30,596 nt of DNA from an uncultured archaeon (GTDB taxonomy: Archaea > Asgardarchaeota > Baldrarchaeia > Baldrarchaeales > DXJG01): positions 1 to 30,596 of the forward strand of contig CAYYZD010000002.1 in assembly GCA_964476035.1 (NCBI GenBank), written 5' to 3'. Within the stretch, counting starts at the first letter, position 1, and the number at the start of each line of letters is the position of its first letter. The notes under the pieces are model-generated. The model was not told the DNA's origin and searched no databases. It saw only the letters and a list, made by a program, of their open reading frames with translations. The position numbers and the translations under genes are program-made. This document shows, piece by piece, positions 1-7,967 of the stretch.

Positions 1-1302
1 ATGCAAATTCCACAAGTTTGCAAACCGTTCCCTAATGTACTGTACTACACCTTCCACACTTTCTAAACTTGCATTGCAAGTTAATGAAAGTTCTCCTCCC
101 ACCCTGACTCTTGGGTGATAAACGTTTTCCCTGCCCTTCCTTTCCTTATGCAAATATCCCTTTGCCACCAAACCTTCCAGTTTTTCATAGACTGTCCTCC
201 GTGAATAGCCAAGAAAACTTCCTACAAGGTCAAGTACTTCATTTACAGTTACTCCTCCATCTTGCCCGTCGCACACGTTTTCAACCGTTTTCAGAATGAA
301 CTTCTCTTCTTCGGTTAAATCGAATATCGTCCTCTCAATAGCCCTACTCCCCAACCTCAACGCAATGTACAAGTCTGTTAGGTCGGCTTCATCTCTCTTA
401 TCTTCTGGCTTCTGAAAATACCTACATATTGCGACGATTTTTATCAGTTCACATAGCTTGTCGGGGTCTCTTCGGGATTCGCTTCTATCAGTATTGAACA
501 AGTCGATTAACCTCTCAGCGTAAGGGATTTTCGGATCAACGTTCACTTCTTCAACAAGAATCTTAAATGCAGTTCTCCAAACCTTTAGTTCCTCACTGTC
601 GGGTGATAAAACACTCCTTTTTCCTTCATGTAATCGTAACTTCTCCAGCATTATTTTCTTGGTTAATTCTGGACTGCTTGAAGTTTCTAACCTCCACATT
701 CCACTTTTCAGTGACGGGGAAATGTTCATGACATTCGTAGTGGTAATGATCCCCTTGATTGGCATGTATACTGTCTCAGTAGTCATCCTTTGACTTCTCT
801 AATCCATATATGCATACTCTGAAATTATTCCCCCATCGTCCGCCCTATGTAACCTTAAAGTCCTGCCTATTTCTCCCTGCATCCTTTCAATGTCGGGAAC
901 ATAGAGTAGATCCACGTCTCTTAGGTTTTGAGAGTATCTAAGACTCGCTGGAGTGATGTAACCTCTTTCAATGTACTTTACTGCTTCTCGGAGTAGATCT
1001 AAACTTAGTCTGACCATAGTATCCTTTCCCGTGCCACTTTCACCAACTAACTGGATTAATCCCGTATAGCCTTTTTTTACCCCTAGTATTAGCAACGGTA
1101 GCAGTCTCTTGTTTTGTTCTTCTCCCAAAACAAATCTTGGTCTGTTTATTCTTTGGAGAACCCATCCTTTTTCGAGCAATTTGCCTAGTTCGTAGAAAAA
1201 CATGGGGGATTTAAGCAGTTCCAGTGCTTTTTTACGGATTCTATTTTCTTCCTCTTCTTCACTTCTTATAATGTGCCCCAACCGTCGATAACTTTGACTC
1301 AA
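1..1302 (-). pseudogene. P-loop (AAA+/MCM-like) ATPase, putative replicative helicase of the element, with C-terminal winged helix; 3'-truncated by the window edge; one in-frame TAG at 799-801 (pseudogene, read-through or sequence error)
   Basis: TTG start at 1302 with upstream GGAG(G). Walker A GESGTGKD. Manual translation past the TAG stays open for 266 codons to position 1: ...SEYAYMD*RSQRMTTETVYMPIKGIITTTNVMNISPSLKSGMWRLETSSSPELTKKIMLEK...GVTVNEVLDLVGSFLGYSRRTVYEKLEGLVAKGYLHKERKGRENVYHP... The ORF track shows only the first 167 aa. Confidence 0.75.
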
Positions 1303-1305
1303 CTT

Positions 1306-1527
1306 TTATCCCTCCACCGTGTTCCAAATACTATCTAGGTCTCTCCCGAGTGCAGTGATTTGTTCTTCCTTCTTTTTGGGTTCAATGTAGGGGTTTCTGT
1401 TCATCCAGGCACGGATTATAGCGCGGACGAATTCGCTTCTATTGGCGTAACCAAGTTTCTTGCGAAGATTTTCCAACTGGTCATACATCTCCCTGCTGAG
1501 CGAAATGGTGAGTGTAGTGATTTTCAC
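1306..1527 (-). CDS. Ribbon-helix-helix (CopG/NikR N-terminal-like) transcriptional regulator
   Basis: Beta strand TTLTISL followed by helix-turn-helix with NRSEFVRAII; GAGGTGA RBS upstream of the GTG; stop 3 nt before the ATPase start. Confidence 0.85.
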   Translation of the reverse strand: MKITTLTISLSREMYDQLENLRKKLGYANRSEFVRAIIRAWMNRNPYIEPKKKEEQITALGRDLDSIWNTVEG

Positions 1528-1675
1528 ACTACATCACCTCTATTAGCTGTATTCCATTTGAAAATTATTTTTAAAAGCGTTTATAAAATTATTGTTGTTG
1601 TCATACAATGAGCAGGATGGTTGATGATATATATGTTCGTTTAAACAAAAATATATATCTTGGAGGAAAGTTGAG
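1528..1675. promoter_or_regulatory. Divergent AT-rich promoter region between the two RHH genes
   Basis: AT-rich with TATA-like TTTATAAA and ATATATAT runs; imperfect palindrome TTGTCATACAA near 1597-1607; RBS on both sides. Confidence 0.5.
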
Positions 1676-2134
1676 ATGAGTCGAATCATAACATTCAGAT
1701 TGGAGGAAAAAACGAGAGAAAAATTGGAAAGCCTTTGCAAGAGTCTAGGGCTAACCATATCTGATTTTGTTCGACAGGCAGTCATGAGAGAACTGATGAG
1801 AGAAAGCATAGATTTCAATACGGTTCTCACTGAACTTCTGGTTAGAAACCAGCTAGATACTATATTTTTAGCGAAGCTTTTTGTACAGCAGGACACTGCA
1901 ATTAGGAAAATATTTACAATCCTGAATCGATTGCTGAAACAAATCGACGGAGAACAGTACAAGAGGCAAATGAAGGAAATAGATGAACGGGCAAAGAAAC
2001 TCGACGAAGAACTGACTGAAGAGTTAGACAAGTGGAAAACTGTTCTTTTCTACCTCGCAAATAGGGACTTTAAAGGGCTCAAGGACTATCTTGAGCGTCT
2101 AAGATATCCATTAAGAAGACATGGAGGAAATTGA
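1676..2134 (+). CDS. RHH DNA-binding protein with C-terminal helical/coiled-coil region
   Basis: MSRIITFRLEEKTREKLESLCKSLGLTISDFVRQAV fits the RHH pattern; GGAGG RBS. Confidence 0.8.
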   Translation: MSRIITFRLEEKTREKLESLCKSLGLTISDFVRQAVMRELMRESIDFNTVLTELLVRNQLDTIFLAKLFVQQDTAIRKIFTILNRLLKQIDGEQYKRQMKEIDERAKKLDEELTEELDKWKTVLFYLANRDFKGLKDYLERLRYPLRRHGGN

Positions 2135-2135
2135 C

Positions 2136-3158
2136 ATGGTTTCTAGTCTTCAACAACTCCCACAACAACGTCAACGTCATCATCGAGAGGTAGGGGACGA
2201 TAATAATATCGTAGTCGATCGACGTGACAACAGCGTTGATGACAGCGTCGATGTCTCCGATGTTGATAGACCAGAGTCCCAGTCCCAGCGATATGTCTGT
2301 CCCCACTGTGGAAAGAAATTTGACAGTGAAATGGCACTTGAGATGCATTCAATTAGAGTACATAAACGATCTGCAAAACCAAAAGAAACCAAGAAAGAAG
2401 TCAAGGTAACGAAGGTTCCCCCAATCCGCGAGGAAGGGGAAGCTTTAGTTCCAGACGCCGAGACGCAACTGAAGAATTTTCTAATAACCTTCGGCTTATC
2501 TGAGAGGGATGCGAATGCAACAATTGAATTTCTGAGAGCGTATGGTTTGGATAATTTAGAAAAGCTTAACGAAGCACTAACAGATTTAGGTGTCAGTCTT
2601 TCACGGAGGAAAATCATAATTGAAAGTTGGAGCAACCTTCGAAATATCAAAATTCCACCATCTTTGATGCAGAAGTTGGGGATAAGGCCGGTTATGCGTG
2701 AACAAGTTGAATACGGCTACTACGAATATCCGCAACCACAGAGAAGGACTAATGTTTCTGAAACTGCCGAATTGATACGCGCATTGGCAGAATATCAGAA
2801 AAGTATGAAGGAAAATGTTAATTCCTCCAATGACAACATGTTTTTACTCCAGCAAATACAGGAGTTGAGGCAGCAAAACGAACAGCTGCGTAAAGAACTT
2901 GAGGAACGGGAGAGGAAACGTGAACTTGAGGAAATAAGAAGGGAAATTTTAGATCTTAAAAACTCAACTATTAGGGTGCATAATCAATATACCGTGATTT
3001 CCGACGCAATCCGCGAATTGACTGGACTAATTAGGGAGTATTTTAATTTAGCACGAAGTCTCATTACGGGGAGGATTCGTCCCGAACTTGAAGAGAGCGA
3101 ATCTTCACGCTCATCTGTTTACAAATCTCTTCCCGAAGAACTTGTAGTGGAGGAATGA
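2136..3158 (+). CDS. C2H2 zinc-finger protein with acidic low-complexity N-terminus and C-terminal coiled coil (track start 2121; ATG 2136 preferred)
   Basis: YVCPHCGKKFDSEMALEMHSIRVH = C-x2-C-x12-H-x4-H; GGAGG at 2123-2127 precedes ATG 2136; E/R/Q-rich heptads. Confidence 0.8.
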   Translation: MVSSLQQLPQQRQRHHREVGDDNNIVVDRRDNSVDDSVDVSDVDRPESQSQRYVCPHCGKKFDSEMALEMHSIRVHKRSAKPKETKKEVKVTKVPPIREEGEALVPDAETQLKNFLITFGLSERDANATIEFLRAYGLDNLEKLNEALTDLGVSLSRRKIIIESWSNLRNIKIPPSLMQKLGIRPVMREQVEYGYYEYPQPQRRTNVSETAELIRALAEYQKSMKENVNSSNDNMFLLQQIQELRQQNEQLRKELEERERKRELEEIRREILDLKNSTIRVHNQYTVISDAIRELTGLIREYFNLARSLITGRIRPELEESESSRSSVYKSLPEELVVEE

Positions 3159-3517
3159 AAATGGAAGAGGTGAGAAGGTCTCTTATTGAAACGAGGAAGG
3201 TACTTGAAGATTTGAGAGAAGCACTCGGCATTCCTGTACTCAGAAGGAGATTTAGGGAAATGACGCCACAACTCTCTCCGTCTGTGGAAACACCGACACA
3301 GAAGACGGAGAGAGTGGTAGTGGAGCAACCGACGGAGGAAAGACAAGAAATTGTTGAGAGACCAGTGCAAATACTCAACTTTCCTATACGTAATGCAATT
3401 GCTGGTTTCATCCAATCTTTAGGTGAAGTAGCCAAAAAGAGAGTTGAGATCGAGGAGAAAAGGGTTGAACAGGCTCAGGAAAAAGAGAAATTTGAGTATA
3501 GATCCCTGAGGGGGTGA
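3155..3517 (+). CDS. Hypothetical protein, charged/coiled-coil
   Basis: ATGA overlap with the upstream stop, GGAGG RBS, 120 aa. Confidence 0.7.
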   Translation: MKMEEVRRSLIETRKVLEDLREALGIPVLRRRFREMTPQLSPSVETPTQKTERVVVEQPTEERQEIVERPVQILNFPIRNAIAGFIQSLGEVAKKRVEIEEKRVEQAQEKEKFEYRSLRG

Positions 3518-3523
3518 AGACGG

Positions 3524-3730
3524 ATGAATATTGATTGGAGGACAGTTCTTGAAGTTGGATTGATGGTTGTCACGACTATATTCGCTACACAATGGGGGAA
3601 ACTAAAAGAAAAATTCCACGATTTCAGGAAATTAATAGACACGCTTGATGACGCCGTAGCAGATGATAGGGTAACGAGAGAAGAACTCAAACAAATAATT
3701 CAGCGCATAAAAGAGTTGCTAAGGTGGTGA
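3524..3730 (+). CDS. Small membrane protein (one N-terminal hydrophobic helix plus amphipathic tail)
   Basis: TVLEVGLMVVTTIFATQW hydrophobic segment; GGTGA RBS. Confidence 0.7.
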   Translation: MNIDWRTVLEVGLMVVTTIFATQWGKLKEKFHDFRKLIDTLDDAVADDRVTREELKQIIQRIKELLRW

Positions 3731-3732
3731 AC

Positions 3733-3873
3733 ATGGAGGAAATTAAAAAGCCTGTCTTTTTCATTCTTGAGAGAGTGCATTCAGCATGGATACAGTTGAG
3801 GGAAGTATTTTGGAAGCGAGTGGAGGCTCGAGTGAAAAATGCTGCAGCGAGGATGCGGGAATTTCTACAGTAA
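3733..3873 (+). CDS. 46-aa hypothetical protein not in the ORF track (MEEIKKPVFFILERVHSAWIQLREVFWKRVEARVKNAAARMREFLQ)
   Basis: Manual translation; GGTGA RBS directly upstream; fills the gap between 3730 and the Alba gene exactly. Confidence 0.6.
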   Translation: MEEIKKPVFFILERVHSAWIQLREVFWKRVEARVKNAAARMREFLQ

Positions 3874-3874
3874 C

Positions 3875-4114
3875 TTGGTTGTGATCGGAAAGAAACCGTT
3901 ACGTAACTATATTTATGCTGTCCTTGAAAGACTGAGTCGAAGTGGTAAGGCAGTTGTCGCAGCGAAGGGAAATTTAATCGGGAAGGCATGTACCGTTGTG
4001 GAATTTATAAGGCAAAGGTACCCGCAAGTACGGGTTGAAAGGATTTTCCTTGACTCCGAAAACTACGAGAACCGCGTAATCCCTAGATTGCGAATTATTT
4101 TGCTACGCAGTTAA
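3875..4114 (+). CDS. Divergent Alba-family nucleic-acid-binding (chromatin) protein (track start 3839; TTG 3875 or GTG 3881 more likely)
   Basis: VVIGKKPLRNYIYAVL...VVAAKGNLIGKACTVVEFIRQRY matches the Alba consensus VxIGKKPvmNYVlAvl...ikARGraIskAVdvvEivrnrF. Confidence 0.8.
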   Translation: MVVIGKKPLRNYIYAVLERLSRSGKAVVAAKGNLIGKACTVVEFIRQRYPQVRVERIFLDSENYENRVIPRLRIILLRS

Positions 4115-4287
4115 AACTGCACGCACTTAAACCCGTTAGATGATGATTTTTTGATGTTCCGCATGCATTTAAACCGTTTTTTATCGGAGGTATTCACGCA
4201 AAACACGGAGGAAAATGGTTTAACACATTAAATTTCAATTGTGTAATTCTGGTAACATGATCATGGTCGGGTTTTAAGGTTTTTGTC

Positions 4288-4584
4288 GTGTGTTTTGAGG
4301 TAAGGGTAAGATTGTACATAAACTTTACACTGATTGGAGCATCAGAAGTAACAAGAAATTCGATGAGTTATTTGAAGAATACAAACTTCACATTTACCGA
4401 GTCATGGCTTTATAATAGCTATGAGACGTGGGTACAAGGGTCTGTGTGGAGGTTCCGTTTACCAACGGCTTACGATGCCTATTTCATCACCATACCTGCT
4501 GGAACCCATGTCTACTACATAGACTTCCAATTAAATACGCAATGCACAAGCTTGGAATATGCTGTGTGGTTCCAAAATGAATGA
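4288..4584 (+). CDS. Hypothetical aromatic-rich beta-strand protein, possibly the remnant of a gene starting at ATG 4215
   Basis: 98-aa ORF with protein-like composition but no RBS at 4288; GGAGG+ATG at 4215 is immediately followed by a stop. Confidence 0.35.
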   Translation: MCFEVRVRLYINFTLIGASEVTRNSMSYLKNTNFTFTESWLYNSYETWVQGSVWRFRLPTAYDAYFITIPAGTHVYYIDFQLNTQCTSLEYAVWFQNE

Positions 4585-4985
4585 ACCACTCCTATTTTAT
4601 TTTGTTGTGTTGGGTAAAACCATCGATTGCTGAGTATTTTTGTCGGTTCCAATTAGCAAGAATAGGGTATGCTTTACAAACGCAAAGAATGAATGAGTGT
4701 TTTCCTGCTTTTTTACTCGTTTCAAAGGTTTCTGGATGTCGTTTCGACATGCTCAGGGATGACTGAATTTTACTCGTTTTATCTATGTGCAACATGGCAG
4801 AATCAGCAATTTTTATACACTGCGGCGAGATTAATATATATGGGTGTGCAGGTTTGCTGATTGCAATTGAGAGAAAAGCCCATTCCTGTCGTCTCTTGCG
4901 GAAAGAAGAAAGGATATTCCGAGTCTAATTGTAATGTTTTGGTCACTACAAAATTATATGATTTTAGTATTGTGGTCGTGATTGC

Positions 4986-5609
4986 ATGTTCCCTCGTAAA
5001 AAGCTGGAGATGCTACTTGAAAAGTTAAGAGGACATCCTGATCCCCATGTGCTGCTTGAACAGTATACTATTCCAGCTAGAGTTGCTGCTAATATTCTTT
5101 TTATTGCTTGTTATGTTTATGGAGATATTAAAGGGAAAGTTGTTTATGATCTGGGTTGTGGTACTGGAAGACTGGCTATTGGGGCTGCTATTTTGGGTGC
5201 TCGTAGAGTGATTGGTGTTGATGTAGATCCAAAAGCCTTAAGAGTTGCTCGTATTAATTCTGTGATTGCTGGTGTGGTAAGTAAGGTTGAGTGGATATTA
5301 GGTGACGTTGAACATTTGAGTGGTAAATGTGACGTGGTGGTTCAAAATCCACCTTTTGGCGTACAGAGGCGTGGTGCAGATAGAAAATTTATTGTAAAGG
5401 CCCTAGAAATCGGGTCTGTAATTTATTCGTTACACAAATCTAATGAAGAAAGTAGGAAGTTTATTAGGAGACTTGTTAAAAAATATGGTGGTAGGATTGA
5501 TGTGATAATTTGTATGGATCTTCCTCTTCGCCCAGTCTTCCCGTTCCATCGGAAACGTATTCATGTAGTTAAAGTTGATCTCTATAGAATTGTTAAGGGG
5601 GGTATTTAA
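4986..5609 (+). CDS. METTL5-like (COG2263) SAM-dependent N6-adenine RNA methyltransferase
   Basis: LEQYTIP, DLGCGTG SAM-binding motif, NPPFG catalytic motif; conserved position upstream of csl4. Confidence 0.9.
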   Translation: MFPRKKLEMLLEKLRGHPDPHVLLEQYTIPARVAANILFIACYVYGDIKGKVVYDLGCGTGRLAIGAAILGARRVIGVDVDPKALRVARINSVIAGVVSKVEWILGDVEHLSGKCDVVVQNPPFGVQRRGADRKFIVKALEIGSVIYSLHKSNEESRKFIRRLVKKYGGRIDVIICMDLPLRPVFPFHRKRIHVVKVDLYRIVKGGI

Positions 5610-5610
5610 T

Positions 5611-6195
5611 ATGGAGAAAATAAAGACTGGAGATTTTGTATTACCAGGCGATAGACTGGGGACAATCGAAGAGTTTGTTCCCGGTGAAGGAACTTATGAA
5701 GAAAATAGTGAAGTTTATGCGGCATCAGTCGGTTTCGTATTAATAGATCATTTAGATAAGAAAATTAAAGTTTATAAGCCTGGAATCGTAAAACCTTTGA
5801 TGCCTCGAGTTGGTGACATTGTTCTGGGTAAGGTTTCACATGTTCAAAGTCAGATGGCTTCGGTAGAGATTTTTCAAATTAATAAGACTATAATTTCAAC
5901 TCCTTTTACAGGAGTTATTCATATCTCACAAGTTAGTAGAGCTTTCACAAATGTTATGCCAGATGCCTACAGAGTTGGTGACGTTATTAGGGCTAGGGTT
6001 ATAAAGGCAACAGTTCCAATACAGTTATCAACTATTGGCAGGAAGTTTGGTGTTCTTCTGGCATTTTGTTCATTTTGTGGCGGTGTTTTAGAGAAGCAGG
6101 GCGAAGATAAGCTTAGATGTTCAAATTGCGATCGTATCGAGACAAGAAAAGTGGCTATAGATTACAGAAGGAGTATAAAAGGTAGACGGGCATGA
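5611..6195 (+). CDS. csl4: Exosome complex RNA-binding subunit Csl4 (track start 5575; ATG 5611 preferred)
   Basis: FVLPGDRLG..EEF.PGEGTYE N-terminus, S1 domain, C-terminal CSFC...CSNC Zn ribbon, ETRK.A. Confidence 0.93.
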   Translation: MEKIKTGDFVLPGDRLGTIEEFVPGEGTYEENSEVYAASVGFVLIDHLDKKIKVYKPGIVKPLMPRVGDIVLGKVSHVQSQMASVEIFQINKTIISTPFTGVIHISQVSRAFTNVMPDAYRVGDVIRARVIKATVPIQLSTIGRKFGVLLAFCSFCGGVLEKQGEDKLRCSNCDRIETRKVAIDYRRSIKGRRA

Positions 6196-6830
6196 ATCTT
6201 AAGAGAGAAGTGGTTTTACATGTTAAAAGCGATCGTGAAGCGATGGAAGTATTAAGAGCAATACGTAAACATTTACGACCATTTAACGCCTATGTTCGCT
6301 ACGAAAAGGGAAAGATTCGCCTTACAATTTACGGTTCAAAGGATCACGTTAGGATTGCCTTAAACGAGATCAAGAGTATTTACAGGAAAATTAAAAATGC
6401 CCTATATAAGAATAAGGATGGTATGTACCAGTATGATGCTTCTCTTATTGCTGAAAAGAGTCAGGTAACTGTCTCTATTAAGGATTTGGGGAAAATCTTG
6501 GAGTTAAAGGGTTATAAAGGCAATGTTCAAGACACCCTACTTAGGACAGATGTTGAGCTTGAAGAAGTAATAAATCTTGCTCGCAAGTACCGAAAATTGA
6601 TCGACGAAATACAGGATGTTGGACCGAAAATTATAAGAAAGATCTTGTGCATGGCAACGATTATAACTGGTATGGACCATAAAAATCTCCTTAAAGTGGC
6701 TATTTCAAAGGGTCTAATTAAATATTTAGGTAACAACCGGTACGGATTGGTTGCCACACCAGATGAAACATGTAAAAAACTTATAAAGGAGGCTCTTAGT
6801 GGTGAAAATAAAAATTTTAGAAATAAGTGA
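6192..6830 (+). CDS. DUF2067-like conserved archaeal protein
   Basis: Position between csl4 and rpoL, length and general sequence character; ATGA coupling. Confidence 0.6.
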   Translation: MNLKREVVLHVKSDREAMEVLRAIRKHLRPFNAYVRYEKGKIRLTIYGSKDHVRIALNEIKSIYRKIKNALYKNKDGMYQYDASLIAEKSQVTVSIKDLGKILELKGYKGNVQDTLLRTDVELEEVINLARKYRKLIDEIQDVGPKIIRKILCMATIITGMDHKNLLKVAISKGLIKYLGNNRYGLVATPDETCKKLIKEALSGENKNFRNK

Positions 6831-7092
6831 TAAGGAGTTGGAATTTGAGTTAGAAGGTGAGGGTCACACTCTATGTAATTTGCTTAGAAAGGTTTTGCTT
6901 GAAGATGAAGACGTCACCTTTGCTGGTTATAGAATTGAACATCCACTTATCGGCAAACCTAAGATGTATGTCAGGACGAATGGAAAGAAAGATCCCCTTG
7001 ATGCTGTTATTGAAGCTGCTAAAAAAATTAAGGAAATGGCTGAAGGTTTTCGTGAAGCTTTTCTTAGATCATTAAAAGGGATCACATCATGA
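6799..7092 (+). CDS. rpoL: DNA-directed RNA polymerase subunit L (Rpo11)
   Basis: EGEGHTLCNLL...FAGYRIEHPL signature. Confidence 0.95.
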   Translation: MVKIKILEISDKELEFELEGEGHTLCNLLRKVLLEDEDVTFAGYRIEHPLIGKPKMYVRTNGKKDPLDAVIEAAKKIKEMAEGFREAFLRSLKGITS

Positions 7093-7574
7093 ATAATATG
7101 AACGATATAAGACAAATCATATGCAATGCAATTTTTTCTAGGGTCTCTTACAAGTCTTTGAGGGAAATTGCGCAGGATAAAGGGTTAGCTAAGCTTGGAG
7201 ATGCACTTGTAAATTTCATATATTCACTCGCTAAATCTCTTATCTTGGGGAAGTTGGATGCTTGGAAAGTTTCGGACGCTGTGTTGTCTCAAGCTTTAGA
7301 AAACGCATCTTTGCTCAAACTCTTACCTAAAAGAAGTGATAAACATAGTAGAGGAGACGCGGTTGAGGCGCTTTTAGCTTATGCATGGATCATGGGTATC
7401 TTTGATATTAAAAACGCAGTTATGCTTTTGAAAGATGAGATGAAGCGAGATGATTTTAGTAATAAAAGCTTAGAGAAAATTGCTGCAGTTAGAGCCTTTA
7501 AAAAGCTTCTTGAGGAGATAAAACCTAAAATTGAAACGTTTTTGATTATGCGAAAAGTTAAAAAGGAATTATAA
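7089..7574 (+). CDS. Archaeal ribonuclease III-like family protein
   Basis: DKGLAKLGDALVNFIYSLA and GDAVEALLAYAW motifs. Confidence 0.75.
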   Translation: MNNMNDIRQIICNAIFSRVSYKSLREIAQDKGLAKLGDALVNFIYSLAKSLILGKLDAWKVSDAVLSQALENASLLKLLPKRSDKHSRGDAVEALLAYAWIMGIFDIKNAVMLLKDEMKRDDFSNKSLEKIAAVRAFKKLLEEIKPKIETFLIMRKVKKEL

Positions 7575-7616
7575 TGCGTTTTAACGATGTACATTCATCT
7601 TTTTGGAGGAGATCTT

Positions 7617-7955
7617 ATGGAGTTTTGTCCCAAGTGTGGTGCCTTGCTAATGCCAGATGTGGATGAGGAAGGAAAAACTGTTCTTCGTTGCAAATCTTGC
7701 GGGTACGTCAAAAAAGTAGATAAGAGCGAGATAGAAGGCGAATATCGCATTGCTCATCACATAGCCCATGGGCCTCGTGATGAAATGGTTGTTGTGAAAG
7801 AAGAAGTTAGAACTTTGCCTATTGCTCGGGTAAAATGTCCGAAATGCAGTAATGACCGTGCTTACTATTGGCAACTTCAGACCAGAAGGGCTGATGAAGC
7901 TATGACCACTTTTTATAAATGTACTAAATGTGGACATACATGGAGGAGATATTAG
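7617..7955 (+). CDS. tfs: Transcription factor S (TFIIS-like transcript cleavage factor) (track start 7587; ATG 7617 has a GGAGGA RBS)
   Basis: MEFCPKCG...CKSC and CPKC...QTRRADE...FYKCTKCGHTW; acidic DE hairpin intact. Confidence 0.93.
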   Translation: MEFCPKCGALLMPDVDEEGKTVLRCKSCGYVKKVDKSEIEGEYRIAHHIAHGPRDEMVVVKEEVRTLPIARVKCPKCSNDRAYYWQLQTRRADEAMTTFYKCTKCGHTWRRY

Positions 7956-7967
7956 TAGGGATATAAC

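Larger units (their letters stand above)
1..4584. mobile_element. Right-hand part of an integrated mobile element (provirus/plasmid-like); left end outside the window, right boundary somewhere in ~4115-4950
   Basis: Replication-type P-loop ATPase with C-terminal wHTH, two divergent RHH regulators, C2H2 zinc finger, short tightly coupled ORFs without housekeeping similarity, abrupt change to core genes at 4986. No integrase or att site is visible in the window. Confidence 0.75.

Noticed and set aside
111-299. 62-aa plus-strand ORF from the track
   Set aside because: Antisense to the uninterrupted 266-codon minus-strand continuation of the ATPase; no recognisable motif.
1360-3989. Overlapping or antisense ORFs in the element (1360-1611, 1543-2031, 2079-2348, 2143-2352, 2180-2650, 2224-2409, 3064-3435, 3119-3415, 3475-3690, 3687-3989)
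   Set aside because: Shadow frames of better-supported RBS-bearing coupled genes; composition mirrors the opposite strand.
4581-4795. ORFs 4581-4766 (+) and 4592-4795 (-)
   Set aside because: Short, mutually overlapping, no clear RBS, no recognisable domain.
4115-4985. tRNA, att site or split integrase at the element boundary; box C-like ATGATGA at ~4140
   Set aside because: No T-loop GGTTCRA motif on either strand, no tyrosine-recombinase motifs in the frames I examined, and no box D (CTGA) at a suitable distance.
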